NCBI GenBank assembly: GCA_017411745.1
Contig: JAFQPM010000021.1
Coordinates: forward strand, 71,460 to 135,459
Direction: 5' to 3'
DNA: 64,000 nucleotides
Source of the DNA: Clostridia bacterium
GTDB lineage: Bacteria > Bacillota > Clostridia > Oscillospirales > CAG-272
Below are positions 8,443 to 17,815 of this stretch, one piece after another (within the stretch, counting starts at the first letter, position 1; the number at the start of each line of letters is the position of its first letter). The notes beneath the pieces are model-generated. The model had not been told where the DNA came from. It worked only from the letters and a program-made list of their open reading frames with translations, and ran no database searches. A program made the translations under genes and the position numbers.

Positions 8443-9174
8443 TTACAGTTCGTTATCGCAGTTATGGTAAACTTCCATTACGTCATCGTCTTCTTCAAGC
8501 TTTTCAATAAGAAGCCCCATAAACTTGATGTCGTCCTCGCTTGTAAGCTCAACGGTCGTGGAAGGAACCTTGCTCTTTTCAGCAGATGCGATCTCGTATC
8601 CCGCAGCCTTAAGAGCCTCGGAAATAGCGTAAACGTCCTCGGGAACAGTGTAGATCTCGAAAACGCCCTCCTCACCGGAGAAATCCTCTGCTCCCGCCTC
8701 AAGTGCGGTTTCCATAAGCTGATCCTCGTCGATCTCACCGTCCTCGTCGGTAATAACGATAACACCCTTCTCCTCGAACATGAAGCTTACGCATCCGGTC
8801 TGTCCCATATTTCCGTGATACTTGGAGAAATAAGAACGGATATTGCCCGCAGTTCTGTTTCTGTTGTCGGTAGTAGCCTCAACGATGACTGCAACACCTG
8901 CAGGTCCGTATCCCTCGTAAACGACCTCCTCGTAGTTTTCACCCGAGCCGCCGAGAGCCTTTTTGATAGTTCTCTCGATATTGTCGTTGGGAACGTTGTT
9001 AGACTTTGCCTTTGCAATAAGATCGCGAAGCTTCGCGTTAGAGTTGGGGTCTCCGCCGCCCTCTTTTACCGCAATGGTGATCTCCTTACCGATCTTTGTA
9101 AACACCTTCGCTCTCTGCGCGTCGGTCTTTTCCTTTTTGTGCTTGATGTTAGCCCATTTGCTATGTCCTGACAT
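8443..9174 (-). CDS. yebC: YebC/PmpR-family transcriptional regulator
   Basis: MSGHSKWANIKHKK..D..R.K.F.K. is the family-defining N-terminus. 243 aa. Confidence 0.95.
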   Translation of the reverse strand: MSGHSKWANIKHKKEKTDAQRAKVFTKIGKEITIAVKEGGGDPNSNAKLRDLIAKAKSNNVPNDNIERTIKKALGGSGENYEEVVYEGYGPAGVAVIVEATTDNRNRTAGNIRSYFSKYHGNMGQTGCVSFMFEEKGVIVITDEDGEIDEDQLMETALEAGAEDFSGEEGVFEIYTVPEDVYAISEALKAAGYEIASAEKSKVPSTTVELTSEDDIKFMGLLIEKLEEDDDVMEVYHNCDNEL

Positions 9175-9209
9175 AATATATTATTCCTTTCAATTATTAA
9201 CCGTAAAAA

Positions 9210-10946
9210 TTAAACCTTTTCAGTCTTTTTCAGACAGATAAGCGAGAACGCCGAGCCAAGAACCTGCTTGGTCGCCTCGGTCAGCAGAAGTCTCGTTCCT
9301 TTAACATCATCATTCTCAGCGTTAAGTATCGAGCACTCGTGATAGAACTTGTTAAATGCCACCGCAACGTCAAGAATAAATCTCGTGATGATAGAGGGCT
9401 CGTAATCGCGGATTGCCGCAAGCACCTTCTCCTCGTACTGACAAAGCATTTTAAGAAGCGCCGCTTCCGCGTCTGCGCTGATCACGATCTTGCCGCCATA
9501 GCTTCCATCGACCTTCTCAAGCACCGAGCAAGCGCGCGCGTAGGTGTACTGAACGTAAGGACCCGTGTTTCCGTCGAACGAAAGCGCATCCTCAAGATTG
9601 AAATTGATGTCCTTGATACGATTGTTGGTAAGATAATAGAAAACTATCGCACCCACACCGATCGCCTCTGCAACCTCATCCTTGCCCTCGAGATTCGGAT
9701 TCTTTTCTTCCATAATTCCCTTGACCTTCTCGATCGCCGCCTCAAAGAGATCCTTAAGCAACACAACGTTACCGGTTCTCGTTGCAAGCTTAGCGCCGTT
9801 AAGAGACACCGTACCGTAAGGAATATGAACGAGCTCATCATACCAGTCGTAGCCCATAAGCTCGACGACCTTAAACCATTGCTTAAAGTGAAGTATCTGC
9901 TGTGTGCTCGTTACGTAAATGCACTTGTCGAAATTATAATGCTCTTTTCTGTAAACCGCCGCCGCAATATCACGCGTAGGATAAAGAGTCGAGCCGTCGC
10001 GCTTGAGAATGAGGCACGGAGGCATTCCGTACTCCTCAAGATCAACGATCGAAGCGCCGTCATCGATCTTCATAAGACCGCTTGCCTTGAGCTTTTCGAC
10101 CTGTGCGGGCATCTTGTCGGTATAGAAGCTTTCGCCCTTGTAGCTATCGAATTCAATACCGAGCTGTCTGTATGTCTTCTGATATTCCTCAAGGCTTATC
10201 TCAACAAACCACTTCCAGAGCGCAATGTTGTCCTCGTCGCCGATCTCCATCTTGTGGAATTCCTCTCTTGCCTGATCAGCAAGATCCTCTCTTGCGGGAA
10301 TGCCGTTTTCCTCGTCGCCCTTGATCGTGTTGTTGATGCGAACGTAAAGCTCAACGAGCTTGTCAATACCGCCCTGCTCGATCTGCTCCTTGTCACCCCA
10401 AAGCTTATAAGCAACGATCAGCTTACCAAACTGCGTCCCCCAGTCACCGAGATAGTTGATGCCAATGCACTTATATCCGGCAAACTCGTGCAGCTTCTTG
10501 AGCGCGTGACCTATAACCGTAGTACCGAGATGTCCTATATGGAAGGGCTTTGCCACGTTGGGCGAGGAATAGTCGAGAACGACCGTCTTTCCCTCTCCAA
10601 GATATGTGGGAGCACCGTAATTTTCCTTCTTTTCAAGTATCTCTGGCAGGATCTTCTCGCCAAGATACGCATTATCTATTTTAATATTCAGATAGCCGTT
10701 TACAGCCTCTGCGGATGCAACCGCACCTCCCGAAAGACCGTCTGCAAGAGCAGCCGCAATCTGCACGGGCGAGCGACGAAGCGCCTTTGAAAGCTTAAAG
10801 CAAGGGAACGCAAGGTCTCCCATGCTCGCATCGGGAGGATATTCAAGCATCGAAGCAATATCCTCGACCGCGATCTCGGCGTCGGGATTGATACCCTTGA
10901 CTCCCACATATATTTTTTCGGCTATTTGTAATTTAATCTTTAACAT
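9210..10946 (-). CDS. argS: Arginine--tRNA ligase
   Basis: 578 aa. HIGH motif (PNVAKPFHIGHLGTTVIG) and ArgRS anticodon-binding C-terminus. Confidence 0.93.
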   Translation of the reverse strand: MLKIKLQIAEKIYVGVKGINPDAEIAVEDIASMLEYPPDASMGDLAFPCFKLSKALRRSPVQIAAALADGLSGGAVASAEAVNGYLNIKIDNAYLGEKILPEILEKKENYGAPTYLGEGKTVVLDYSSPNVAKPFHIGHLGTTVIGHALKKLHEFAGYKCIGINYLGDWGTQFGKLIVAYKLWGDKEQIEQGGIDKLVELYVRINNTIKGDEENGIPAREDLADQAREEFHKMEIGDEDNIALWKWFVEISLEEYQKTYRQLGIEFDSYKGESFYTDKMPAQVEKLKASGLMKIDDGASIVDLEEYGMPPCLILKRDGSTLYPTRDIAAAVYRKEHYNFDKCIYVTSTQQILHFKQWFKVVELMGYDWYDELVHIPYGTVSLNGAKLATRTGNVVLLKDLFEAAIEKVKGIMEEKNPNLEGKDEVAEAIGVGAIVFYYLTNNRIKDINFNLEDALSFDGNTGPYVQYTYARACSVLEKVDGSYGGKIVISADAEAALLKMLCQYEEKVLAAIRDYEPSIITRFILDVAVAFNKFYHECSILNAENDDVKGTRLLLTEATKQVLGSAFSLICLKKTEKV

Positions 10947-11045
10947 TTTACACTAACCTCTCTATTTTTACACAACTTTATAATTTTATCACATCCGCGC
11001 CGAAATTTCAATACAAAAATCAAATTTTTCGCCGTTTTTGCAAAT

Positions 11046-12719
11046 TTATTCGCTGATATTTTCGATCATATCCCTCGCCGCCTGTCTTTGCGCCTCGGTA
11101 ACGTTGATTCCGCCGAGGATCCTCGCCGCCTCTGCGACTCTCTCCTCGCCCTCGATCAGACGAACGCTCGTCTGCGCTCTGCCGTCGACCTCACGCTTGG
11201 AGATAAGATAATGATCGTCGGCAAGCGTTGCGATCTGTGCCGAGTGAGTCACACAAATGACTTGACAACCCTTTGCTATCTCGTGAAGCTTGATTCCGAT
11301 CTTTCTCGAGGTCTTACCCGAGATTCCCGTGTCTATCTCGTCGTAAATAGCGCATCCGACTCCGTCTTTCTCGTTAAGTACGCTCTTAAGCGAAAGCATT
11401 ATCCTCGCCATCTCACCGCCCGAGGCGATCTCCGACATAGGCATCATCGGCTCACCGGGATTGGTGGCAACCATAAACTCCGCCTTGTCACAGCCCGACG
11501 ATGTAAAATCATCGGTCGGAGAAAGCAAAATCTCAAGCTTGACCTTAGGCATATCGAGATATGCAAGTGTTTCCATAATTTTTTGCGAAGCATCGACTGC
11601 CGCAGCTCTTCTCTTTTCAGTCAAAGCCTTCGCGGCGGCTTTTGCCTCCACCCAGAGCTCCTTTATCTTCTTTTCGTACTCTGCCGCATGCTCGTCAGAC
11701 AAAACTATATCGTCAAGCCTCTCGACCGCGCGGTCACGAAATTCAAGTATCGACTTAATATCCCTGCCATACCGCCTCTTAAGGCCCGAAATCGCTTCAA
11801 GACGGCTCTCGATCTTGTCAAGACGTATATCAATATCCTCACCGTCGTCATCGCCGAATGCCGCAACCCTGTCCGCCATATCCGAGACCTCGTAGCTCAT
11901 ATCGAGTAGCTTCTCGGCTATCTCTGTCGCTTCGGGGATCACGTCCGATATCTTGGAAAGCGACTCGGATGCGCGGGACAAAAGATATGATGCCGAAGCA
12001 CCCTTCTCTCCGCCCGCAAGCGCGCGGTAGGAAAAATTCACATGCTTGTTTATCTTTTCAAGACTTCCAAGACGCTTCTTTTCGGCTTCAAGAGCCTCCT
12101 CCTCGCCGTCCTTCAGCTTCTTCGAGTCGATATCCTTGATCTGGTATTCAAGCATATCTCTCTCGCGAGCCTTCTGCTCCTCGTCAGTCGAAATATCGCG
12201 GAGCTTTTTGCGGTAGCAATCAAGTTCTCGGTAGATCTCAGTATATTTCTGTCGCTCGAACTCACACGAGCCGTATGAATCAAGCATATTCAAATAAGCC
12301 AACTTGTCAAAAAGCACTTTGCTGTCGTTCTGACCGTGAATAGATATAAGCAACCGCGCCGCTTCGCGCAGAGTCGATTTCGTCACCGCCCTGCCGTTGA
12401 TCCTCACGACCGACTTGCCGTCGGAGTTCAACTTGTGGCTCAGGGAAACCTCACCGTCTTCACATTCAACGCCAAGCTCTGCAAGCTTTGCGGCAACTCC
12501 GTCTCCAATGCCGTCAAATACGGCCTCGGACAGCGCGTATTGCTCACCCGCGCGGATAACGTCGCGCGAGACCTTTCCACCGCAGATCATATTGATACCG
12601 TCGATTATGACCGACTTTCCCGCGCCCGTCTCTCCCGTAAGCACGGTAAATCCGTCACGGAATTCAATGTCAGCATATTTAAGCACGGCAATATTCTCAA
12701 CGTGAAGAAATTTCAGCAT
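11046..12719 (-). CDS. recN: DNA repair protein RecN
   Basis: Walker A GETGAGKS, long coiled coil and a C-terminal SGGE signature. Sits downstream of argR as in Bacillus. ATG 12719 (MLKFLHVENI) fits family N-termini. Confidence 0.93.
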   Translation of the reverse strand: MLKFLHVENIAVLKYADIEFRDGFTVLTGETGAGKSVIIDGINMICGGKVSRDVIRAGEQYALSEAVFDGIGDGVAAKLAELGVECEDGEVSLSHKLNSDGKSVVRINGRAVTKSTLREAARLLISIHGQNDSKVLFDKLAYLNMLDSYGSCEFERQKYTEIYRELDCYRKKLRDISTDEEQKARERDMLEYQIKDIDSKKLKDGEEEALEAEKKRLGSLEKINKHVNFSYRALAGGEKGASASYLLSRASESLSKISDVIPEATEIAEKLLDMSYEVSDMADRVAAFGDDDGEDIDIRLDKIESRLEAISGLKRRYGRDIKSILEFRDRAVERLDDIVLSDEHAAEYEKKIKELWVEAKAAAKALTEKRRAAAVDASQKIMETLAYLDMPKVKLEILLSPTDDFTSSGCDKAEFMVATNPGEPMMPMSEIASGGEMARIMLSLKSVLNEKDGVGCAIYDEIDTGISGKTSRKIGIKLHEIAKGCQVICVTHSAQIATLADDHYLISKREVDGRAQTSVRLIEGEERVAEAARILGGINVTEAQRQAARDMIENISE

Positions 12720-12763
12720 TTGACCGCCCGTCCTTTCCTTAAAAATCAAAAATCAATAAAATA

Positions 12764-13225
12764 TCAACCGATAGCAAGAAGCTTTTTCATTCTCAACGCT
12801 ACGCTTGCCGCCGACTCGACGTCGGGGGTTACCACGATTATCGTGTCGTCACCCGCTACGCAACCGAGTATCGCGGAATCGGGAATTCGGTCAATGGCGA
12901 TAGCGACCGCCTGCGCCATTCCCGCCGTCGTCTTCAGTACGACTATATTCTGCGCGCAAGTGATAGAAAGCACCGTATCGGATACCGCGTGTGCCAAGGG
13001 GCCCGCATTTTTAGCACCCTTTCTCGAAACGTGAGCTACAACATATTTGTAGCTGCCGCCGGGCATAGCGACCTTAACGAGATCAAGCTCGCGAATATCA
13101 CGCGACACAGTCGCCTGAGTCACGATATATCCCTCTTCACCGAGGAATTCGATAAGCTCGTCCTGAGTCTCTATCTCGTATTTGTTTATAAGCTCAAGTA
13201 TTTTTTCCTGTCTTCCCTTTTTCAT
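12764..13225 (-). CDS. argR: Arginine repressor ArgR/AhrC
   Basis: 153 aa. The QDEL...L...G..VTQATVSRDI.EL wHTH and GDDT C-terminal motif are present. Confidence 0.93.
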   Translation of the reverse strand: MKKGRQEKILELINKYEIETQDELIEFLGEEGYIVTQATVSRDIRELDLVKVAMPGGSYKYVVAHVSRKGAKNAGPLAHAVSDTVLSITCAQNIVVLKTTAGMAQAVAIAIDRIPDSAILGCVAGDDTIIVVTPDVESAASVALRMKKLLAIG

Positions 13226-13247
13226 TTCAATTCACCAAACTCCCAAA

Positions 13248-14129
13248 TTAGTTATCATTCATTTTTTGACGAAGCTTTTCGTAAAAGCTTTCTTCTTTGA
13301 GTCGTATAAACGAGGTAGTCAGCGGCGACCGCGTGATACGTACCGCCTCGCCCAATACAAGCTCGTAGTTGACTCGACCGTCTACCGTTAAAAACAAGGT
13401 CTTCTCTCTGTGGCAAACGTTCTTTATCTCAAGGCACGCGCTGTCGGGAAAAACCAAAGGACGTGACAACAAAGAATGAGGACATATCGGCGTTACACAA
13501 AAGCAAGCAAGCCTTGGATCAACGATTGCACCGCCCGCCGCCAACGAATACGCCGTCGAGCCCGTAGGAGTAGAGATTATCATACCGTCGGCACGGTAAT
13601 TTGCGATCTTCGAGCTACCCTCGTAGAGCTCAAGATCAACGACTCGCGAAATAGTACCGTTTGAAAGCACCGCATCGTTGAGCGCGTATTCGTTTTTGCG
13701 AGTTTCGCCGTTAGCATTCAGAAGCTCGATATTGAGCATCGAGCGCTTCTCAAGCTTGTAATCTCCCGATACGATACGAGCGATCTCGTCGAGCTCACTC
13801 ATTTCAAGCTCCGCCATATATCCGAGGCGCCCAAGATTAAGTCCCATAACGGGCACACCAAACGGTGCGGCACGGCGGGCGGACTCAAGGATCGTGCCGT
13901 CTCCGCCAAGAACTATGACCGCATCTACGCTCTTATAGGATTCATCCACGGGAAGAAATGAAAAGCGCGCTCTTCCCCTCATCCTGATTATTTTGTCCTT
14001 GTTGTAGACAGGCGAGCAGACCTCACATCCGCATCCAACCAGCTTTTCAGCGACCGCTATGGCGGCGTTTGCCTTGTCGTAAATATTAAAATTCGTAACT
14101 ATCAGTACTTTTTTGATCTGTTTTTCCAT
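13248..14129 (-). CDS. nadK: NAD kinase
   Basis: GGDGT motif (VIVLGGDGTILE) and PTGSTAYSLAAGG. ATG 14129 follows AAGGA and lies 2 nt after the tlyA stop. Confidence 0.93.
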   Translation of the reverse strand: MEKQIKKVLIVTNFNIYDKANAAIAVAEKLVGCGCEVCSPVYNKDKIIRMRGRARFSFLPVDESYKSVDAVIVLGGDGTILESARRAAPFGVPVMGLNLGRLGYMAELEMSELDEIARIVSGDYKLEKRSMLNIELLNANGETRKNEYALNDAVLSNGTISRVVDLELYEGSSKIANYRADGMIISTPTGSTAYSLAAGGAIVDPRLACFCVTPICPHSLLSRPLVFPDSACLEIKNVCHREKTLFLTVDGRVNYELVLGEAVRITRSPLTTSFIRLKEESFYEKLRQKMNDN

Positions 14130-14131
14130 AA

Positions 14132-14908
14132 TCAATCCTTGCAAATCTGCTTGTAATTTATTGTCTCACGGTCTGCCGTGGGCACACCGCCCTTCTGGAA
14201 TAGAGCAAGATATTCGCGATTGCCGTCGCCGCCCTCGATAGAGGACCGTATAACTCCTCTTAGCGTAAATCCGCACAAGAGAGCCGACTCAACCACTCTT
14301 CGAACTGCGGCCTCACGATCGCTCGCCTTTTTGACGATACCGCCCTTTCCGAGAGCGCTCCTGCCCGACTCAAACTGCGGCTTTATAAGACTTACAAAGC
14401 ACGCTCCGTCACGCAAGACCGAAAAAACGGGCGCGTGTAGCAACGTCTGCGAAATAAACGAAACGTCCATTACCGCAAGGTCGAAAAGACCAAACTCCTC
14501 GGCATCAAGCCCGCGCGCGTTAAATCCCTCGACCGAGGTCACGCGTATATCCTCCAAAAGCTTTACGTGAAGCTGCCCTCTGCCCGAATCGACCGCGCAA
14601 ACGTGCGCCGCACCTCTCTGCAAAAGACAATCGGTAAATCCGCCCGTGGAGGCGCCGATGTCAATGCACCTCATTCCGCCGACGTCAAGTCCAAAGTGCT
14701 CAAGCGCACCATCAAGCTTCAGTCCGCCGCGACCAACGTATCTGTCCTGCTCAATTATCTCAACAATATGCTCCACGTCAGAAACATCAAGCGAAGCCTT
14801 TGAGACGATCTTGCCGTCAAGCATCACCTTTTTTTCATTGATGAGCCTCGCCGCCTTATTTCTGCTCTCGCAAAAGCCCTTTTCAACAAGATAAACGTCT
14901 ATTCTCAT
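14132..14908 (-). CDS. tlyA: TlyA-family rRNA (cytidine-2'-O)-methyltransferase
   Basis: N-terminal S4 domain (MRIDVYLVEKGF..SR.KA) followed by an FtsJ-like SAM fold (DIGASTGGFTDCLL). Confidence 0.9.
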   Translation of the reverse strand: MRIDVYLVEKGFCESRNKAARLINEKKVMLDGKIVSKASLDVSDVEHIVEIIEQDRYVGRGGLKLDGALEHFGLDVGGMRCIDIGASTGGFTDCLLQRGAAHVCAVDSGRGQLHVKLLEDIRVTSVEGFNARGLDAEEFGLFDLAVMDVSFISQTLLHAPVFSVLRDGACFVSLIKPQFESGRSALGKGGIVKKASDREAAVRRVVESALLCGFTLRGVIRSSIEGGDGNREYLALFQKGGVPTADRETINYKQICKD

Positions 14909-15384
14909 ACGATGTTAAAAAACGGCACGTACATAAGAGCAACGGGCACGAGAAATCCGAGAATAGCACCTACACCAACCTGAAGCGGCGTGTGTCCCAC
15001 AAGCTCTGCCAGCGCCTTATGGGTAAGATCGGGATCATTGTGAGCATCAGCAAATTCCTGGAATATCTTATTTAGCGCCTTGGCATGCTCACCTACCTGA
15101 CGTCTCATTCCCGTCGCATCACGCATAACTATCATCGCAAGTAGAGCGCTCAGCGCAAACTCCACGGAGCCAAATCCGCACTTTATAACGCAGGCGCTGA
15201 CCATCGCGCAGACCGCCGCAGTATGCGATGACGGCATTCCGCCCGTACCGAACAGAAACTCGACCGTAGTAAATTTTTTGAGCTTAAAAACTCCGGTAAA
15301 AAATTTCAGCACCTGAGCGATAAACCAAGCGGCAACCACACTCATAAGCCAGAAATTCGTTCCCAAATCTATCAAAAATTTCAT
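14905..15384 (-). CDS. Divergent PAP2-family membrane protein (DUF212-type)
   Basis: 159 aa, 4 TM segments, GGMPSSHTA motif. 4-nt overlap with tlyA. Confidence 0.8.
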   Translation of the reverse strand: MKFLIDLGTNFWLMSVVAAWFIAQVLKFFTGVFKLKKFTTVEFLFGTGGMPSSHTAAVCAMVSACVIKCGFGSVEFALSALLAMIVMRDATGMRRQVGEHAKALNKIFQEFADAHNDPDLTHKALAELVGHTPLQVGVGAILGFLVPVALMYVPFFNIV

Positions 15385-15403
15385 TATATTCTTTTCCTAA
15401 TTA

Positions 15404-16306
15404 TCAATTTTTCCTATCGCAAAGATAAAGTGCAAGATCAACCATTCTCTCGCTTCCCTCTATGCCGTCCACAAGAGCAATAGCCTCCTCTGTCAGCTTT
15501 TCTGCATAAGTCATAGCGCTCTCGGGAGTAAAGAACGACATAAACGTAGTCTTATTGTTATTCTTGTCCGATCCAACCTTCTTGCCAAGCATCTCACTTG
15601 TCGAGGTAACGTCAAGGATGTCGTCAACTATCTGAAAAACAAGACCGATATTTCTCGCGAAAAGCGTCAGCTTTTCGGTGACCTCGTCATTAGGCAGATA
15701 CCCTGCCGCAAGACATCCAAGCTGTACGGACGCGCATATCATTGCACCCGTCTTGCCCATGTGGAGCTCGACCAGCTCACCTTCGGTAAGAGTGTGGGTC
15801 TCTCCGTAAAGATCGGCAGCCTGACCCTTGACCATTCCAAAACTTCCCGCCGCGCCCGACAGTATCGCAACCGCCGTCGCCGCGCAGTCACCGCTGACGT
15901 AAGGGTTCATCGCGGAGACCGAAAAAGCATCGGTAAGCAGACCGTCACCCGCAAGTATGGCAGTTGCCTCCCCGTAGACCTTGTGGTTTGTGGGTTTTCC
16001 ACGGCGCATATCGTCATCGTCCATACACGGCAGATCGTCGTGAATGAGCGAGTATGCGTGCACCATCTCGACAGCGCAAGCAAACGGCAAAGCCGCCTCA
16101 ACTGCACCACCAAGCATCCTGCAAGTCTCGAGCACCAGCGTAGCCCTTATTCTCTTTCCACCCGAAAGCAGACTGTAGCGTATAGCGTCGTAAAGACTCG
16201 CCGCCGTGCCCTCCCCCTCGGGATATATCTTTTCAAGCTCGCGCTCCACCAAAGCCTTCGCCTCTGCGATAGTCCCTAACGCAAGCTCCTTATTGTATTC
16301 AATCAT
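15404..16306 (-). CDS. ispA: Farnesyl/geranylgeranyl diphosphate synthase
   Basis: FARM motif LIHDDLPCMDDDDMRRG and second Asp-rich motif FQIVDDILD. Confidence 0.92.
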   Translation of the reverse strand: MIEYNKELALGTIAEAKALVERELEKIYPEGEGTAASLYDAIRYSLLSGGKRIRATLVLETCRMLGGAVEAALPFACAVEMVHAYSLIHDDLPCMDDDDMRRGKPTNHKVYGEATAILAGDGLLTDAFSVSAMNPYVSGDCAATAVAILSGAAGSFGMVKGQAADLYGETHTLTEGELVELHMGKTGAMICASVQLGCLAAGYLPNDEVTEKLTLFARNIGLVFQIVDDILDVTSTSEMLGKKVGSDKNNNKTTFMSFFTPESAMTYAEKLTEEAIALVDGIEGSERMVDLALYLCDRKN

Positions 16307-16325
16307 AGTAATCTCCTAAAAAAGA

Positions 16326-16577
16326 TCAGTTTTCCTCTGAAAACGTGCCCTCGGGAACGTCAACGACCTCGATCTGACCGTCCGCCCCCTGCTGAAGTAT
16401 CTGTATTTTACGCTTGGCAGCCTCAAGCTCCTCGGCACAGCGCGAAGCAAGCTTCACACCCTCCTCATATAGCTTCAAGGACTTCTCAAGCGGCAGCTTT
16501 TCATTTTCAAGCTCGGCTACTATACCCTCAAGCCTTGCCATAGCCTCCTCAAGACTCATCTTCTTTTTCTCTGCCAT
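16326..16577 (-). CDS. xseB: Exodeoxyribonuclease VII small subunit
   Basis: MAEKKKMSLEEAMARLEGIV..LE is canonical XseB. ATG 16577 follows GAGGGG and lies after the xseA stop. Confidence 0.9.
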   Translation of the reverse strand: MAEKKKMSLEEAMARLEGIVAELENEKLPLEKSLKLYEEGVKLASRCAEELEAAKRKIQILQQGADGQIEVVDVPEGTFSEEN

Positions 16578-16588
16578 ATCCAAACCCC

Positions 16589-17800
16589 TCACTTTTCACT
16601 TATTTCGGTTATCCGTGCGCGCATTTTTCCGTCCGAAAGACTTATATCAACGACCTCACCAACCGCCGTGTCCGCAACCGACGAGATCACACTTCCGTCG
16701 CCACCCTGCACCATAGCGTAGCCGTGCGAAAGCACCGCCAAAGGATTAACTCCCTCAAGACGAGCACAAAGCATACGGAAATCGCCGTCAGCGCCGTCTA
16801 CCGCAGCTTTTGCAATCGAGTCCATTTTTTCTCGCAATCTCACAAGCCTCGATGCTTTTTCATCAAGCACGTGCACGGGCGAGTGTAGATCCGTGTTCTT
16901 TTTAAGTGTCTGAAGCCTGCCGTCAAGCACGTATATCTTGCGCTCAAGCAAAGCGTCTACCTTGTTTTTCATATACGCTATCCTCGAGCGTATCTCCTCG
17001 CTGTTCGGGAAAGCAATCTCAGCCGCCGCACTCGGTGTGGGTGCTCGAAGATCGGCAACGAAATCACAAATAGTAAAGTCCGTTTCATGCCCTACCGCCG
17101 ATATCACGGGAATCTTCGATGCAGCTATCGTCCTCGCAAGCTCCTCGTCATTAAATCCCCAAAGATCCTCTGCCGAGCCTCCTCCGCGCCCAATTATTAT
17201 AACGTCAACGGGATGTCGCTCGTTAAAAAACTTGATACCGCCAACAAGACTCCTCGGCGCCATCTCTCCTTGCACGTACGCGGGATATATGACAATCCTT
17301 GTCGAAGGACAACGCCTGCCCGACACGTTTATAATATCGTGAAGCGCCGCGCCCGAAGCCGAGGTGATAACACCAACGCTCCGTGCGAATGGAGGTATCG
17401 GCTTCTTCCTCGCAGGATCAAAAAGTCCCTCTGCGTCAAGCTTTCTTTTAAGCTGCTCAAAAGCGACCGCAAGCGCACCGACCCCGTCGGGCTGCATATC
17501 GTCAACGATTATCTGATAATCACCGCTGACCGTATACGTCGATATCTTTCCGTGCACGATGACCTTCATCGCGCTCTCGGGCTTGAATTTAAGCCTGTAA
17601 GCAGAGCCGCGGAACATCACCGCGCGGATCGACGAGCTCTCGTCCTTCAAGGTAAAATACATATGTCCCGAAGCGTAATTGCTCTTAAAATTTGAAATTT
17701 CGCCGCGCAGAAACACGTCTCGGAGCACGGGACTTGATTCCAGCGTCATTTTTATATATTCATTTATCTGCGATACGCTGAAGATCGAATCCTTTTTCAT
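16589..17800 (-). CDS. xseA: Exodeoxyribonuclease VII large subunit
   Basis: N-terminal OB fold (VFLRGEISNFK...SGHMYFTLKD) and catalytic core GRGGGSAEDLW. The start is ATG 17800 or GTG 17812. Confidence 0.92.
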   Translation of the reverse strand: MKKDSIFSVSQINEYIKMTLESSPVLRDVFLRGEISNFKSNYASGHMYFTLKDESSSIRAVMFRGSAYRLKFKPESAMKVIVHGKISTYTVSGDYQIIVDDMQPDGVGALAVAFEQLKRKLDAEGLFDPARKKPIPPFARSVGVITSASGAALHDIINVSGRRCPSTRIVIYPAYVQGEMAPRSLVGGIKFFNERHPVDVIIIGRGGGSAEDLWGFNDEELARTIAASKIPVISAVGHETDFTICDFVADLRAPTPSAAAEIAFPNSEEIRSRIAYMKNKVDALLERKIYVLDGRLQTLKKNTDLHSPVHVLDEKASRLVRLREKMDSIAKAAVDGADGDFRMLCARLEGVNPLAVLSHGYAMVQGGDGSVISSVADTAVGEVVDISLSDGKMRARITEISEK

Positions 17801-17815
17801 TTTACCCACCAATTT

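Noticed and set aside
9339-10790. Very long plus-strand ORF (483 aa) opposite argS. Similar long antisense ORFs occur at 8392-9171, 11088-11909, 23729-24409, 25629-26579, 26702-27538, 27638-28360, 29084-30199, 31732-32697, 34049-34714, 47677-48882, 59330-60310 and 62253-62915.
   Set aside because: Each lies entirely antisense to a gene with a strong, recognisable product. Their translations are low-complexity, Arg/Leu/Ser-rich and lack an RBS. They are the usual shadow frames of codon-biased genes.
10947-11045. T-box riboswitch expected upstream of argS.
   Set aside because: The argS-recN spacer is only about 100 nt and AT-rich. There is no specifier-loop or T-box sequence and no terminator/antiterminator pair.
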